Part shown: in pieces, positions 23,864-33,480 of the stretch
How the letters are laid out: every line of letters starts with the position of its first letter
How positions within the stretch are numbered: the stretch's first letter is position 1
Source of the DNA: an uncultured Actinomycetota bacterium
Lineage (GTDB): Bacteria > Actinomycetota > Actinomycetes > CAVWCF01
Direction of reading: 5' to 3'
DNA length: 64,000 bases
NCBI GenBank assembly: GCA_963753435.1
Contig: CAVWCF010000002.1
Coordinates: 32,001-96,000 of the forward strand
Translations under genes and position numbers: made by a program
The notes under the pieces: model-generated
The model's database searches: none
Seen by the model: the letters and a program-made list of their open reading frames with translations, nothing else
What the model was told of the DNA's origin: nothing

Positions 23864-24331
23864 TCAGCCCGCGATCCCGAGTTCACGCGTCAGTTTGGCC
23901 ACGTGACCTGTCGCGCGCACGCCGTAGCGGGCCTCCTCGATGCGCCCGTCGGAGCCGACGATGAACGTGGACCGGATCACACCGGTGACGGTCTTGCCGT
24001 AGAGCTGCTTCTCCCCGTATGCGCCCCATTGGGTCATCACTGCCCGGTCAGGATCGGACAGCAACGTGAACTCCAGGGACTCCTTGTCGCGGAACTCCCG
24101 AAGCTTCTCGCTGGAATCGGGGGAAATGCCCAGAACGGTCAGCCCGGCCGCTTCGATGTTCGCCTTTGCCGCCTGGAAGTCGCAGGCCTGCTTCGTGCAG
24201 CCCGGGGTTCCCGCGGCCGGGAAGAAGTAGACGATGACGCGCTGGCCGCGGTAGTCGGCCAGACAGACGGTCTTCTCATCCGCAGCCAGTAGGCAGAACG
24301 GCGGAGCCGCGTGCCCGGCTGTCAAGCGCAT
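23864..24331 (-). CDS. bcp: Peroxiredoxin Bcp/PrxQ (copy 1)
   Basis: FPAAGTPGCTKQACDF, IRSTF. Confidence 0.92.
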   Translation of the reverse strand: MRLTAGHAAPPFCLLAADEKTVCLADYRGQRVIVYFFPAAGTPGCTKQACDFQAAKANIEAAGLTVLGISPDSSEKLREFRDKESLEFTLLSDPDRAVMTQWGAYGEKQLYGKTVTGVIRSTFIVGSDGRIEEARYGVRATGHVAKLTRELGIAG

Positions 24332-24351
24332 CCCTAGAGGCTATCGACTTG

Positions 24352-24368
24352 TTGCGAATAACTCGCAA
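24352..24368. promoter_or_regulatory. Palindromic operator resembling a Nur box
   Basis: TTGCGA-ATAAC-TCGCAA, 34 nt upstream of the ECF S-component gene. Confidence 0.6.
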
Positions 24369-24402
24369 TAGGGTAAGACTCTGCTTATCAAGGGGAGGTC
24401 TC

Positions 24403-25449
24403 ATGCACGTTCCGGACGGGTTCCTGTCCGCGCCGGTTTCGGTGGCAACTGCCGCGGTCGCCGCAGGCACGGTCGCAGTCGCGCTTCGCAAGGCACGGAA
24501 TGAACTGGATGAAAAGACCGCCCCCATGGCGGGTCTGGTCGCCGCCTTCATCTTCGCGGTCCAAATGATCAACTTCCCGGTCGGGGTCGGAACCAGCGGC
24601 CACCTCATGGGTGGTGCGCTGGCTGCGGTGCTGGTCGGTCCCTGGACTGCTGTCTTATGTATTTCTGTTGTCCTCGTGGTGCAGGCGCTGCTGTTCGCTG
24701 ATGGCGGTCTGACTGCGCTCGGCACGAACATCACGCTCATCGGCCTCGTCACCGTGCTGGTGGGTTGGACCGTCACTCGGTTGGTGTTGCGTTTCCTGCC
24801 GCGACGACCGTCGTCAGTGGTCCCTGCCTCCTTCGTTGGCGCGCTGCTCTCCGTACCCGCGGCCGCGGCGGTCTTCACGCTGCTCTTCGCGATCGGCGGG
24901 CAGGCGGACCTGTCCCTGACCGCCCTGCTGGTCACCATGATCGGCTGGCACACGCTGATCGGGCTGGGCGAAGCGGTGATCACCTCCCTGACTGTCGGGG
25001 CGGTGGTGGCAACCCGACCCGACCTGGTCTTCGCAGCGCGAGACCTGCAGCCGTCCCTGCTACTCAAGACCGCCGATGGGGACTTGGTGACCGCGCCTGG
25101 AACCGAAGCGGAGCCGGCCAACGCCGAGCGGTCGCGGGTCGGCGTCTTCGTGCTGGTCGGGCTGGCGGTCACTGCCGGTGTAGCGGGGCTGCTGTCGTTC
25201 TTCGCCAGTTCCAACCCGGACGGGCTGGAGTACGTCGCTGAGGATCAGGGCTTCCTGGACCGCGCCAAGGACTCGGCGGTGGGCGAGTTCCTGCTCGCCG
25301 ACTACGGCGAGGTCGGCGGCATACCGGTGGGAATCGCCGGGCTGATCGGCGTCGCTGCGACGGTCGTGATCGGTTGGCTGTTGTTCCGGTGGCTGGGGCG
25401 GGGATCCTCACAGCCGCCGGCTGAGCCCCGTTCTCGGGCAAGGGTCTGA
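24403..25449 (+). CDS. ECF Ni/Co transporter substrate component (CbiM/NikM fused to PDGLE domain)
   Basis: N-terminal MHVPDG, SGHLMGG, ADGG, NPDGLE. Confidence 0.92.
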   Translation: MHVPDGFLSAPVSVATAAVAAGTVAVALRKARNELDEKTAPMAGLVAAFIFAVQMINFPVGVGTSGHLMGGALAAVLVGPWTAVLCISVVLVVQALLFADGGLTALGTNITLIGLVTVLVGWTVTRLVLRFLPRRPSSVVPASFVGALLSVPAAAAVFTLLFAIGGQADLSLTALLVTMIGWHTLIGLGEAVITSLTVGAVVATRPDLVFAARDLQPSLLLKTADGDLVTAPGTEAEPANAERSRVGVFVLVGLAVTAGVAGLLSFFASSNPDGLEYVAEDQGFLDRAKDSAVGEFLLADYGEVGGIPVGIAGLIGVAATVVIGWLLFRWLGRGSSQPPAEPRSRARV

Positions 25450-26222
25450 TGGCCGGTGGGCATACCGGCCATGCGCACCGGATGTACCGCCATGGGCACT
25501 CGGTCGTTCACGGGCTTCCCGCGCACGTCAAGATCGTTGCCCTGGTCTCGTTCGTACTGATCGTCGTATCCACGCCGCGCGAGGCTTTCTGGGCGTTCGG
25601 GGCCTACGCGCTGCTGCTCATCGCAGTGGCGATGGTGGCTCATGTCCCGGCCGGATTCATCCTGCCGCGGATGCTGATCGAATTGCCGTTCGTGGTGTTC
25701 GCCCTGCTGCTGCCGTTCATCTCGGGGGGACCGGAGACCGAGTTCCTGGGCTTGACCGTTTCTGAGTCCGGACTGCTCGCGGGCTGGAACATCATCGCTA
25801 AGGGCTCTCTGGGTGTAGTCGCTTCGATCCTCCTGGCCGCCACGACCGAGCCCCGAGATCTTCTGGTCGGGTTGCAGCGGTTGCGGGTTCCGCCACTGCT
25901 GGTGGAGATTGCCTCTTTCATGGTCCGATACGCCGACGTGATCGGTGGGGAGATGCAGCGCATGAAGGTGGCACGGGAGTCGCGCGGCTTCCAGGGCAGG
26001 CATCTGGGGCACCTGCGCGTGATCGCGCACTCGGCGGGTGCACTCTTCATCCGCTCCTACGAACGTGGCGAACGCGTGCACCTGGCAATGCTGTCCCGCG
26101 GGTACAACGGCGCGTTGCCACGGCTGGGCAGCGCGACCACCACGGGGTCCGACTGGGCCAGGGCGGTGGTGCTGCCAGCGGCCGCACTGGTCATCGCGGC
26201 CAATGCCTGGGTACTGCTGTGA
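25449..26222 (+). CDS. cbiQ: ECF transporter T component CbiQ/NikQ
   Basis: ARESRG, LFIRSYERGERVHLAMLSRG. Confidence 0.92.
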   Translation: MAGGHTGHAHRMYRHGHSVVHGLPAHVKIVALVSFVLIVVSTPREAFWAFGAYALLLIAVAMVAHVPAGFILPRMLIELPFVVFALLLPFISGGPETEFLGLTVSESGLLAGWNIIAKGSLGVVASILLAATTEPRDLLVGLQRLRVPPLLVEIASFMVRYADVIGGEMQRMKVARESRGFQGRHLGHLRVIAHSAGALFIRSYERGERVHLAMLSRGYNGALPRLGSATTTGSDWARAVVLPAAALVIAANAWVLL

Positions 26223-26965
26223 CACCTTCCTTGGAGGTTCGTGGCCTCGCCTACGCGTACCCGGATGGACACCAGGCTCTCTTCGGTGTCGATCTGACCG
26301 TTGCTACCGGGGAACGCGTCGCTTTGTTGGGACCCAACGGCGCCGGCAAGACCACCCTGGTTCTGCACCTCAACGGAATCCTGTCCGGAGGGGTGGGTGA
26401 GGTGCGTGTGGGCGGCCTGCCGGTCGCCAAGGACTCTCTCACGGAGATCCGCAGGCGGGTCGGCATCGTCTTTCAGGACCCCGACGACCAGTTGTTCATG
26501 CCCTCGGTCCGTGACGACGTCGCCTTCGGCCCGGCCAACCTCGGCGTGACCGGCTCGGAGTTGGACGACCGAGTCATGATGGCGCTCAAGCGTGTTGGCA
26601 TGGAGGCATTCGCCGACCGGCCACCGCACCATCTTTCGTTCGGGCAACGACGGCGTGTGGCTGTGGCAACCGTGCTCGTTATGGAGCCGGAAATCCTCGT
26701 TCTGGACGAGCCGTCCAGCAACCTGGACCCGGCATCCCGGCGGGAACTTGCGGATGTGCTGCTCGCCCTAGACGTCACGATTCTCATGGTCACCCACGAC
26801 CTGCCCTACGCACTGGAGCTGTGTCCCCGATCGGCGGTGCTCAACGAGGGAGTCATCGTCACCGATGGTCCGACGTCGGACATCCTGTGCAACGATGAGT
26901 TGATGGCAGCCAACCGGTTGGAGTTGCCGTTCGGGTTCGACCCGACGACCACCCCAACTATTTGA
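26219..26965 (+). CDS. cbiO: ECF transporter ATPase CbiO/NikO
   Basis: GPNGAGKT, FQDPDDQLF, LSFGQ, LDEP. Confidence 0.92.
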   Translation: MTPSLEVRGLAYAYPDGHQALFGVDLTVATGERVALLGPNGAGKTTLVLHLNGILSGGVGEVRVGGLPVAKDSLTEIRRRVGIVFQDPDDQLFMPSVRDDVAFGPANLGVTGSELDDRVMMALKRVGMEAFADRPPHHLSFGQRRRVAVATVLVMEPEILVLDEPSSNLDPASRRELADVLLALDVTILMVTHDLPYALELCPRSAVLNEGVIVTDGPTSDILCNDELMAANRLELPFGFDPTTTPTI

Positions 26966-26979
26966 GCGGGGAGGGCCAA

Positions 26980-27261
26980 GTGGCCGAAGCATCAGACACC
27001 AGCGAGGCGTCGACGTCGGCTGCCCCGCCGGCCCGGTCCGTCGCCGACATCCAGGCCGATTTGGCTGCCCGTCGGCAGTCTCTTGCCGCGACGGTGGACG
27101 AGCTCAGCTACCGGGTCCAGCCGAGCACCATGGCGCACCGCGCCAGCGCCAGTGCGATTGCCTTCTTCAAGGAGCCCGAGACCGGGCAGGTGCGCTGGGG
27201 TCGCGTCGCCATCGTCGCCGGTGGCGCCGCGCTGCTGCTTGCGGGGATCATCCGCCGCTGA
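26980..27261 (+). CDS. DUF3618 domain protein
   Basis: IQADLAARRQSLAATVDELSYRVQP plus C-terminal TM. Confidence 0.8.
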   Translation: MAEASDTSEASTSAAPPARSVADIQADLAARRQSLAATVDELSYRVQPSTMAHRASASAIAFFKEPETGQVRWGRVAIVAGGAALLLAGIIRR

Positions 27262-27288
27262 CAAACAGCGCGCCGGTAGCCTGCCTAA

Positions 27289-27624
27289 GTGGTTTCAGCT
27301 GGGGATCCTGACTCGCTACCGGTGAAATTGCTGCACGACCGGGTGCTGGTCAGCGCTGACGGTGCGGCCGGTGAACGCACCTCGACCGGCGGGATTGTGA
27401 TTCCGGCCACGGCCGAGGTCGGCAAACGGCTGGTCTGGGCCGAGGTGGTCGGTGTCGGGCAGAACGTCCGCACCTTCGAAGTCGGTGATCGAGTCCTGTT
27501 CGACCCGGAGGTGCGCGCCGAGGTGGAAATGGCCGGGCGCACCTACATCCTGTTGCGGGAGCGGGACGTGCACGCGGTAGCCAGCCAGCGGATCACCGAG
27601 CCCGGTACCGGGCTGTACCTGTGA
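27289..27624 (+). CDS. GroES-like co-chaperone (no groEL nearby)
   Basis: LHDRVLV, GGIVIP, VGDRVLF, YILLRERDVHA. Confidence 0.9.
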   Translation: MVSAGDPDSLPVKLLHDRVLVSADGAAGERTSTGGIVIPATAEVGKRLVWAEVVGVGQNVRTFEVGDRVLFDPEVRAEVEMAGRTYILLRERDVHAVASQRITEPGTGLYL

Positions 27625-28982
27625 CCCAGCCGGCCGCGCTGGCACCGGGTCCGACCGGCGCGGAGATGTTGCGGAGCATCACGCGAATGCGACGCGACAC
27701 CTTGGGCTTCCTGAGCGACTGCGCGCACCGGTACGGCGACGTCGTCGCGTTTCCCGTGCCGGGGGACCCCGTACTGCTCTTGACCGCGCCCGAGGCGGTT
27801 CGCCAGGTGATGCAGGCGGGGCACCGCGACTTCGGCAAACGAACGGTCCAGTACGACACGCTGGCGCTGGTTACGGGCCGCGGGCTGCTCACCAACGACG
27901 GTGATTCCTGGATGCGCCGCCGTCGCCTGGCGCAGCCGGCGTTCCACGGGGCGCGGATGGCAGCCGTTGGCGATCAAGTCGGCAGCGCGGTCGGCCGCCT
28001 GGAGGCGGAGTGGTCCGCCCTGCCCGACGGCACAGTCATCGACGTCGACGCCGCCATGATGCGGGTCGCCTTGGAGGTCGTGGGTCGATCGTTGTTCTCC
28101 GCTGACTTCACTGAGGATGCCGATCGGCTCGTGGCGGCGGTGCTTGAGTCACTGGACCTGGTGGTCGCCCGGGCATCATCGCCATTCCGCCTGCCGCTGG
28201 CCGTCCCCACGCCGCGCAACCTCCGCATGCGGCGAGCGGTGGCGGTGCTGGATGCGGCGGTCGAGCCGCTCATCCGGGCGCGGCGGACGCGCGCGGAAGG
28301 ACCGGGAGACGACCTCCTGGGCGCCTACATCGCGGCTGACGATGATGGTGCCGCGCTTTCTGACGCGGAGATCCGCGACGAGGTCGTCACCTTGATCGTG
28401 GCCGGGCACGAGACCGTCGCGTCCTCACTGACCTGGACCTGGCATCTGCTCGGTCAACACCCGGACATAGCTGATGCAGTTGCGGCGGAATCAGCACGAG
28501 TGGCCGGTGAGCGGGCTCTCAGTGCCACGGATCTGCGGGCGCTGGATCTGACCGGACGGGTCGTCACCGAGTCGCTGCGATTGTTCCCACCGGCGTGGGT
28601 CGTGAGCAGGCGAGCATTGGCCGACGTTGAGGTGTGCGGGTACTCGATCCCGGCCGGCGCGACGCTGATCCTCAGCCCCTACGTCACTCAGCGCGACCGG
28701 CGAAACTTCGCCGACCCGGAGGTCTTCGACCCCGACCGGTGGTGCACAGCCGCGGGCGAGCGGTTCGCGTACTTCCCGTTCGGCGCCGGACCGAACCTAT
28801 GCATTGGACGCGACTTCGCCCTGTTGGAGGCAGTGCTGATCGTGGCGACTCTGGCCCAACGCTTCCGACTGGAGCCCCAGGCCGGTCGCGCAGTGCGCGC
28901 CGAACCGCTGGTCACTATTCGCCCGGCCGGCGGGATGCCGATGCGACTCAAGCACCGGCAGCAGTCGACGCTGAGCGCCTGA
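27621..28982 (+). CDS. Cytochrome P450
   Basis: AGHET I-helix, ESLR, PDRW, FGAGPNLCIG heme motif. Confidence 0.95.
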   Translation: MTQPAALAPGPTGAEMLRSITRMRRDTLGFLSDCAHRYGDVVAFPVPGDPVLLLTAPEAVRQVMQAGHRDFGKRTVQYDTLALVTGRGLLTNDGDSWMRRRRLAQPAFHGARMAAVGDQVGSAVGRLEAEWSALPDGTVIDVDAAMMRVALEVVGRSLFSADFTEDADRLVAAVLESLDLVVARASSPFRLPLAVPTPRNLRMRRAVAVLDAAVEPLIRARRTRAEGPGDDLLGAYIAADDDGAALSDAEIRDEVVTLIVAGHETVASSLTWTWHLLGQHPDIADAVAAESARVAGERALSATDLRALDLTGRVVTESLRLFPPAWVVSRRALADVEVCGYSIPAGATLILSPYVTQRDRRNFADPEVFDPDRWCTAAGERFAYFPFGAGPNLCIGRDFALLEAVLIVATLAQRFRLEPQAGRAVRAEPLVTIRPAGGMPMRLKHRQQSTLSA

Positions 28983-30141
28983 GCCCGGAACTTGTGACGA
29001 ACAGGTAGACCGCGCCGATCGCGGCCACGAACCCCGATGCCACCAACGGCACCGTGCCCGATCCCGGTCCGGTCTCCCACAGCAGCCCGGCCCACAGCCC
29101 GGCCAGCAGAATTGCGCCGCCGGAGAACCCTTGGAACACGCCCTGCGCGCGGCCCCGGTCGGCGGCGGGTACCAAGTCGGTGATCCAGGCCTTGCCGACG
29201 CCGTCAGTGAGCGCGTGGAAGCCGCCGTAGACCAACAGCAGCAGGATGACCGCGAACCCACCGTCGACGGTCGCCAAGCCCAGGTATCCGATCGTGAAGC
29301 AGACCAGGCCGACGGCGTAGATGCGAGCGCGTGGCCAACGATCCGCCAGGGCCCCAGCGGGGTAGGAGAGCAGTGCGTAGGAGGCGTTGTAGGCCACGAA
29401 TGCCAGCACGACCTCGGTCGCGCTGAAACCCAGCTGGCTGACTCGCAGGAGCACGAGCGCGTCGGGGAAGTTCGCGAGTGAGATCAGCCCAAGGATGAGG
29501 ATCGTGCGCTTCGCCTGCGGCGGCAGCGGAGTTCGGGCCCGGCTCTCCGCTGCTGTTCGCGGGCGGACCTGCCGGGTTTCGCGAACCAGAAATGTCAGTG
29601 CGACGCTGAGGACGGCCGGAACCACGGCAACCCAGAGTGCGACCCGGATGTCGCCATCGGTAAGGACCAGAACGAGTAGCCCTAGCAGCGGTCCCAGCAC
29701 CGCCCCGAGCGTGTCGGTGGCCCGGTGGAAGCCGAATGCCCGGCCCAGGTCGGCGGGGGCGACGCCGTCGGCGATCAGGGCGTCCCGAGGTGTGCCACGC
29801 ACACCCTTGCCGATGCGGTCCACGCTGCGTCCGACCAGCACAGCCGGCCACGTGGTGGCCGCTGCCACGATCACCTTGCCTCCGGCCGCTAGCGCGTAGC
29901 CGGTGCTGACCAGTCCCCGTCGCCCCTCGCGGTCGGAGGCGCGACCAGACAGGTAGCGGGCCAATGACGCGGCGCCTTCGGCCACTCCTTCGACCAGGCC
30001 AACAACCACGGCGGGGGCGCCCAAGACCACGGTCAACAGGATGGGGAGGATCGGGTAGACCAACTCACTGGCCATGTCCTGCAGGAGCGAGACCATGGCG
30101 AGCAGAAAGAGGTTGCGGGTCAACCACCGTGGCCTGCGCAC
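28948..30141 (-). CDS. MFS transporter
   Basis: DMASELVYP, DRIGKGVRGTPRDA, GRAFGFHRA. Confidence 0.9.
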   Translation of the reverse strand: MRRPRWLTRNLFLLAMVSLLQDMASELVYPILPILLTVVLGAPAVVVGLVEGVAEGAASLARYLSGRASDREGRRGLVSTGYALAAGGKVIVAAATTWPAVLVGRSVDRIGKGVRGTPRDALIADGVAPADLGRAFGFHRATDTLGAVLGPLLGLLVLVLTDGDIRVALWVAVVPAVLSVALTFLVRETRQVRPRTAAESRARTPLPPQAKRTILILGLISLANFPDALVLLRVSQLGFSATEVVLAFVAYNASYALLSYPAGALADRWPRARIYAVGLVCFTIGYLGLATVDGGFAVILLLLVYGGFHALTDGVGKAWITDLVPAADRGRAQGVFQGFSGGAILLAGLWAGLLWETGPGSGTVPLVASGFVAAIGAVYLFVTSSGLRRSASTAAGA

Positions 30142-30162
30142 GGTGGGACTATTTCGTACGGG

Positions 30163-30235
30163 TGCGCCGCCAGGGACTCGAACCCCGAACCCGCGGATTA
30201 AGAGTCCGCTGCTCTGCCAGTTGAGCTAGCGGCGC
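30163..30235 (-). tRNA. tRNA-Lys(CTT)
   Basis: GCGCCGCTAGCTCAACTGG...GCGGA-CT-CTT-AA-TCCGC...GTTCGAGTC. Confidence 0.97.
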
Positions 30236-30277
30236 GTGAGGCGGAACGGTACCAGCGACGGCTGGATGCTTGGTAAT

Positions 30278-30607
30278 TCATTCCTCTTCGCTGGGTGGCC
30301 GCTTGGCTGCCGGGCGTTCCCGCTCCCAGGCAGAGAGTTGCTGCTCAAGTGCCTTCATGATCTCGAAGACCTGCGACGGCGGGATGTGCACGCGGCTGAC
30401 GATGCGGGCCGGCACGTTGAGGAATACGTGCCCGTCGGTGGTGTCCTGCTTGGGCCGGGGTTGGCCGGAAACCGCGGCGAAGTCCAGGGTGAAGCCGTCG
30501 TTGTCGTGCCAGATCGAGACAAAGTTGGCGTAGACGCCGCCTTCGACTTCGGGGGAGATCTCAATGGCGAAGCGGGTCTCGGGAGAGCCGCCTGGGGAAT
30601 CGGTCAT
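30278..30607 (-). CDS. DUF3467-like small protein between two tRNA genes
   Basis: GGVYANF, FTLDF, IVSRV motifs. Confidence 0.75.
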   Translation of the reverse strand: MTDSPGGSPETRFAIEISPEVEGGVYANFVSIWHDNDGFTLDFAAVSGQPRPKQDTTDGHVFLNVPARIVSRVHIPPSQVFEIMKALEQQLSAWERERPAAKRPPSEEE

Positions 30608-30639
30608 GACCCCAGCCTACGAGTGGCGTGGGTCTTGCG

Positions 30640-30716
30640 TGGGGTGAGTGACGGGACTTGAACCCGCGACGTCCTGGACCACAACCAGGTGCTCTACCAA
30701 CTGAGCTACACCCACC
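30640..30716 (-). tRNA. tRNA-His(GTG)
   Basis: G-1 then GTGGGTGTAGCTCAG...CCTGG-TT-GTG-GT-CCAGG...CCA. Confidence 0.97.
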
Positions 30717-30777
30717 ATTGCCGCGTCTGCGGCGGGGCGAAGTGTATCCCCGCGGCCCGCATACGGCGGAATCGCGA

Positions 30778-31383
30778 TCAGGCGGGCGGGTTCTCGTTCA
30801 GGTCGGCCGCGACCGCCCGGGCCGATTCGGTGTCCGGTCCAGGATCGGGCACGAAGACGGCGCGGCGGTAGTACTGCAGCTCGCGAATGCTGTCGAGGAT
30901 GTCCCCGAGAGCACGGTGACCACCGGTCTTGTCCGGGGCAGCGAAGTACGCGCGTGGGAACCAGCGGCGGGCCAGCTCCTTGATGCTGGACACGTCGACG
31001 TTGCGGTAGTGCAGATGTGCCTCCAAGGCGGGCATCTGCTTGACCAGAAAGGCCCGGTCCATGTGCACGGTGTTGCCGGCCAGCGGCACTTTGCGGGCTT
31101 CGGGTACGTGGCTCTGCACGTAGGCGAGCACCTCTGCTTCGACGACGGCCACGTCCTCGCCGTCTTCAAGCAGGGGGAGCAGGCCGGACTGCGTGTGCAT
31201 GTCCCGCACCACGTCGGACATCTGCGCGAGCGCTTCGGCCGTGGGTCGGATCACTCGCGCGATTCCCTCGTCCAGCGGGGTCAGGTCCGCGTCGGTGACG
31301 ACGACGGCGATCTCCACCAGCACATCGGCGTCGAGGTCGAGACCCGTCATCTCGCAATCGATCCAAACCAGAGGTCCGCCCAT
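30778..31383 (-). CDS. orn: Oligoribonuclease
   Basis: LVWIDCEMTGL, HYRNVDVSSIKEL, HRALGDI. Confidence 0.97.
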   Translation of the reverse strand: MGGPLVWIDCEMTGLDLDADVLVEIAVVVTDADLTPLDEGIARVIRPTAEALAQMSDVVRDMHTQSGLLPLLEDGEDVAVVEAEVLAYVQSHVPEARKVPLAGNTVHMDRAFLVKQMPALEAHLHYRNVDVSSIKELARRWFPRAYFAAPDKTGGHRALGDILDSIRELQYYRRAVFVPDPGPDTESARAVAADLNENPPA

Positions 31384-31447
31384 GGCTGCTGACTCTAGGG
31401 GCCTCGCCGCCGCGACTGCGGCCGGGCCGACCCGGGCCGCCGAGGCG

Positions 31448-32425
31448 CTAGGTGTCGTCGCGAACGTCCGAAAGGGGGCGCCTTGGAGTCGGTGGTCCCT
31501 GAGTGCCGTACCCGAACCGGACAACCATCTGGGCATGGCCAGGGGGATCGGCGGGGTCGCGGACCAGCCAGCGCAGGCTGGGCTGCTCGATCGCCTGGTT
31601 CACGAAAGACGTGGCGAGGCCCTCGATTGTGGCTGTCAGCAGGACGCGCTGCAGCGCCTGGCCGGCGATGAGCCAGTTCTCCGGGTCGTCGGAACGGGTC
31701 TGCAGCACGCCGAGCAGTGGCGCAGACTCGTAGTGCTCGCGGGCGCGTCCGGGAACGGGCTTGCCGCGCCGCAGGTCACGGGTGACCGCGTTCGGATCGG
31801 CCGCCAGCGGGCCAAGTGCGTACCCGGGCACACCGTCGGGGCGGTCGGCTTCCACGCCCGTCCACTGGGCGGCCTCCTCGGCGAGGCTCGGGTCCAGGTC
31901 CCGCTCCAATTCGCCAATGTGCAGTAGGTCGATGATGCGGCTGCGTTCGAAGGCGTCGGTGACCAAGTGCAGGAATGCGCCTTCGGCCGAAGCTGCTTCG
32001 CGCAGGGACGACATGACCGAATCCGGCACGTCGCGGTCCTCGAAGGGCCACCGGTTGGTGTGCCGCATCGGGATTGCATCCAGCATTGCGCCCACCATGC
32101 CGTGACGGCTGCGACCCGGAACCACCCGGACCAGCGCCAGCAGGTCAGGGTCGGCGGGCTCGGGCAGCAGGTGCATGTCGGAGTGGTAGCCGAGGTGCTC
32201 GATGGCCACCCGCAGGTTCAGCAGGGCGGCTCCGCAGGAGATGAGGAGGTTGCGGCCCGTCGGGTCGACGTGGGTCAGCTGGCGACTCCGGTCGGCCCGG
32301 ACCTCGATGGTCCCGTCGCTGAAGTGAAACGTCCACGGCTGGGTGTTGTGGATGCTGGGGGCAGCGGTAGCCGCAGCGAGGAGAACCTCTTGCTCAGTCG
32401 GGCTCATCGCCACAGCGGTCATCAT
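31448..32425 (-). CDS. Acg family FMN-binding nitroreductase-like protein
   Basis: APSIHNTQPW, ISCGAAL, RHTNR, AGQALQRVLL, TPRRP. Confidence 0.9.
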   Translation of the reverse strand: MMTAVAMSPTEQEVLLAAATAAPSIHNTQPWTFHFSDGTIEVRADRSRQLTHVDPTGRNLLISCGAALLNLRVAIEHLGYHSDMHLLPEPADPDLLALVRVVPGRSRHGMVGAMLDAIPMRHTNRWPFEDRDVPDSVMSSLREAASAEGAFLHLVTDAFERSRIIDLLHIGELERDLDPSLAEEAAQWTGVEADRPDGVPGYALGPLAADPNAVTRDLRRGKPVPGRAREHYESAPLLGVLQTRSDDPENWLIAGQALQRVLLTATIEGLATSFVNQAIEQPSLRWLVRDPADPPGHAQMVVRFGYGTQGPPTPRRPLSDVRDDT

Positions 32426-32437
32426 GGCAGCAACTCG

Positions 32438-33322
32438 CTACTTCGCCGTCCGAACGACCGCGACTGGGCAGTAAGCGTGGTGCAGTACCGCGTGGCTGGT
32501 GGACCCGAGCAGTAGCGCGCGGAAGCCACCTCGACCGCGGCTGCCGACCACAAGCAGCAAGGCGCCGGCGGATGCGGTCACCAATGCCGGCGCTGGACTT
32601 CCGTGCATCACGTACTGGCGCACGTCCACGTCCGGGAACCGCTCGCGGAATCCCCCCAACGACTCCGCGAGCACGCGCAGTTCCTCGTCGGTGACTTCGT
32701 CAGAGGAGAAGCTGATCGGCGCTCCCACACCCGGCGCGTCCAGGCTGGGCGAGTTCCAGGCATGTACTGCGGTGAGTCCGACTTGGCGGAATGACGCCTC
32801 GGAGAAGGCGAACTCAAGCGCTTCGGCCGAGTTTGGACCCTCCACGCCCACGACCACCCGCCCGGCTTCGGGACCGCCGGGTACCGGGGCGTGCGGGCGG
32901 ATCACGACAACTGGACATGCGGCGTGCGTGGCCACCTGGACGCTCGTGGACCCCAGCAGCAACTCGGTGAAGCCGCCGAGACCGCGAGAACCCAGCACTG
33001 CAAGAGATGCGTTCTCGGCCTCGGTCAGCAGCGTGTGCGCTGGGGGACCGGCCACGACTCTGGTGGTGACCTCGATTCCGGCTTCGCTAACTCGCTGCTC
33101 GGCCGCTTCAGCCAGCCGACGTGCGGCCTCCTCGAATGGTGTTGCGTCCGTGGGAGGTACGGCCCCGCTCACCGGGGACGGCGGGATCGGCACGCTCCAC
33201 GCGTGCACCAGGACGATGCCCTCGTGGTGCGCGCGCGCGCTGCCGATGGCCCATTCAAGTGCTGCGTTCGAAACGTCGGAGCCATCGATTCCGACGATGA
33301 CTGGCTTGCCGGTGCTGGTCAC
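32438..33322 (-). CDS. Tandem-domain universal stress protein
   Basis: Two GSRGxGGF..LLLGSTS motifs; GGAGG upstream of GTG. Confidence 0.93.
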   Translation of the reverse strand: MTSTGKPVIVGIDGSDVSNAALEWAIGSARAHHEGIVLVHAWSVPIPPSPVSGAVPPTDATPFEEAARRLAEAAEQRVSEAGIEVTTRVVAGPPAHTLLTEAENASLAVLGSRGLGGFTELLLGSTSVQVATHAACPVVVIRPHAPVPGGPEAGRVVVGVEGPNSAEALEFAFSEASFRQVGLTAVHAWNSPSLDAPGVGAPISFSSDEVTDEELRVLAESLGGFRERFPDVDVRQYVMHGSPAPALVTASAGALLLVVGSRGRGGFRALLLGSTSHAVLHHAYCPVAVVRTAK

Positions 33323-33377
33323 CAAGGCCTCCTGGAGGACAATCGCCTTCAGGGTGCGACACCGGGGTGGGGGCAAG

Positions 33378-33397
33378 GCAGGGCCGATGGTCCCGGT
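33378..33397 (-). promoter_or_regulatory. Putative DosR/DevR-type box
   Basis: GGGACCATCGGCCC on the - strand, upstream of usp-acg. Confidence 0.6.
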
Positions 33398-33406
33398 GTC
33401 GGACAG

Positions 33407-33480
33407 CCCCTCGTAGCTCAGTTGGATAGAGCAGCGGACTTCTAATCCGCCGGTCGCAGGTTCGAATCCTGCCGAGGGGA
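33407..33480 (+). tRNA. tRNA-Arg(TCT)
   Basis: CCCCTCG/CGAGGGG acceptor stem, GCGGA-CT-TCT-AA-TCCGC, GTTCGAATC. Confidence 0.96.
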
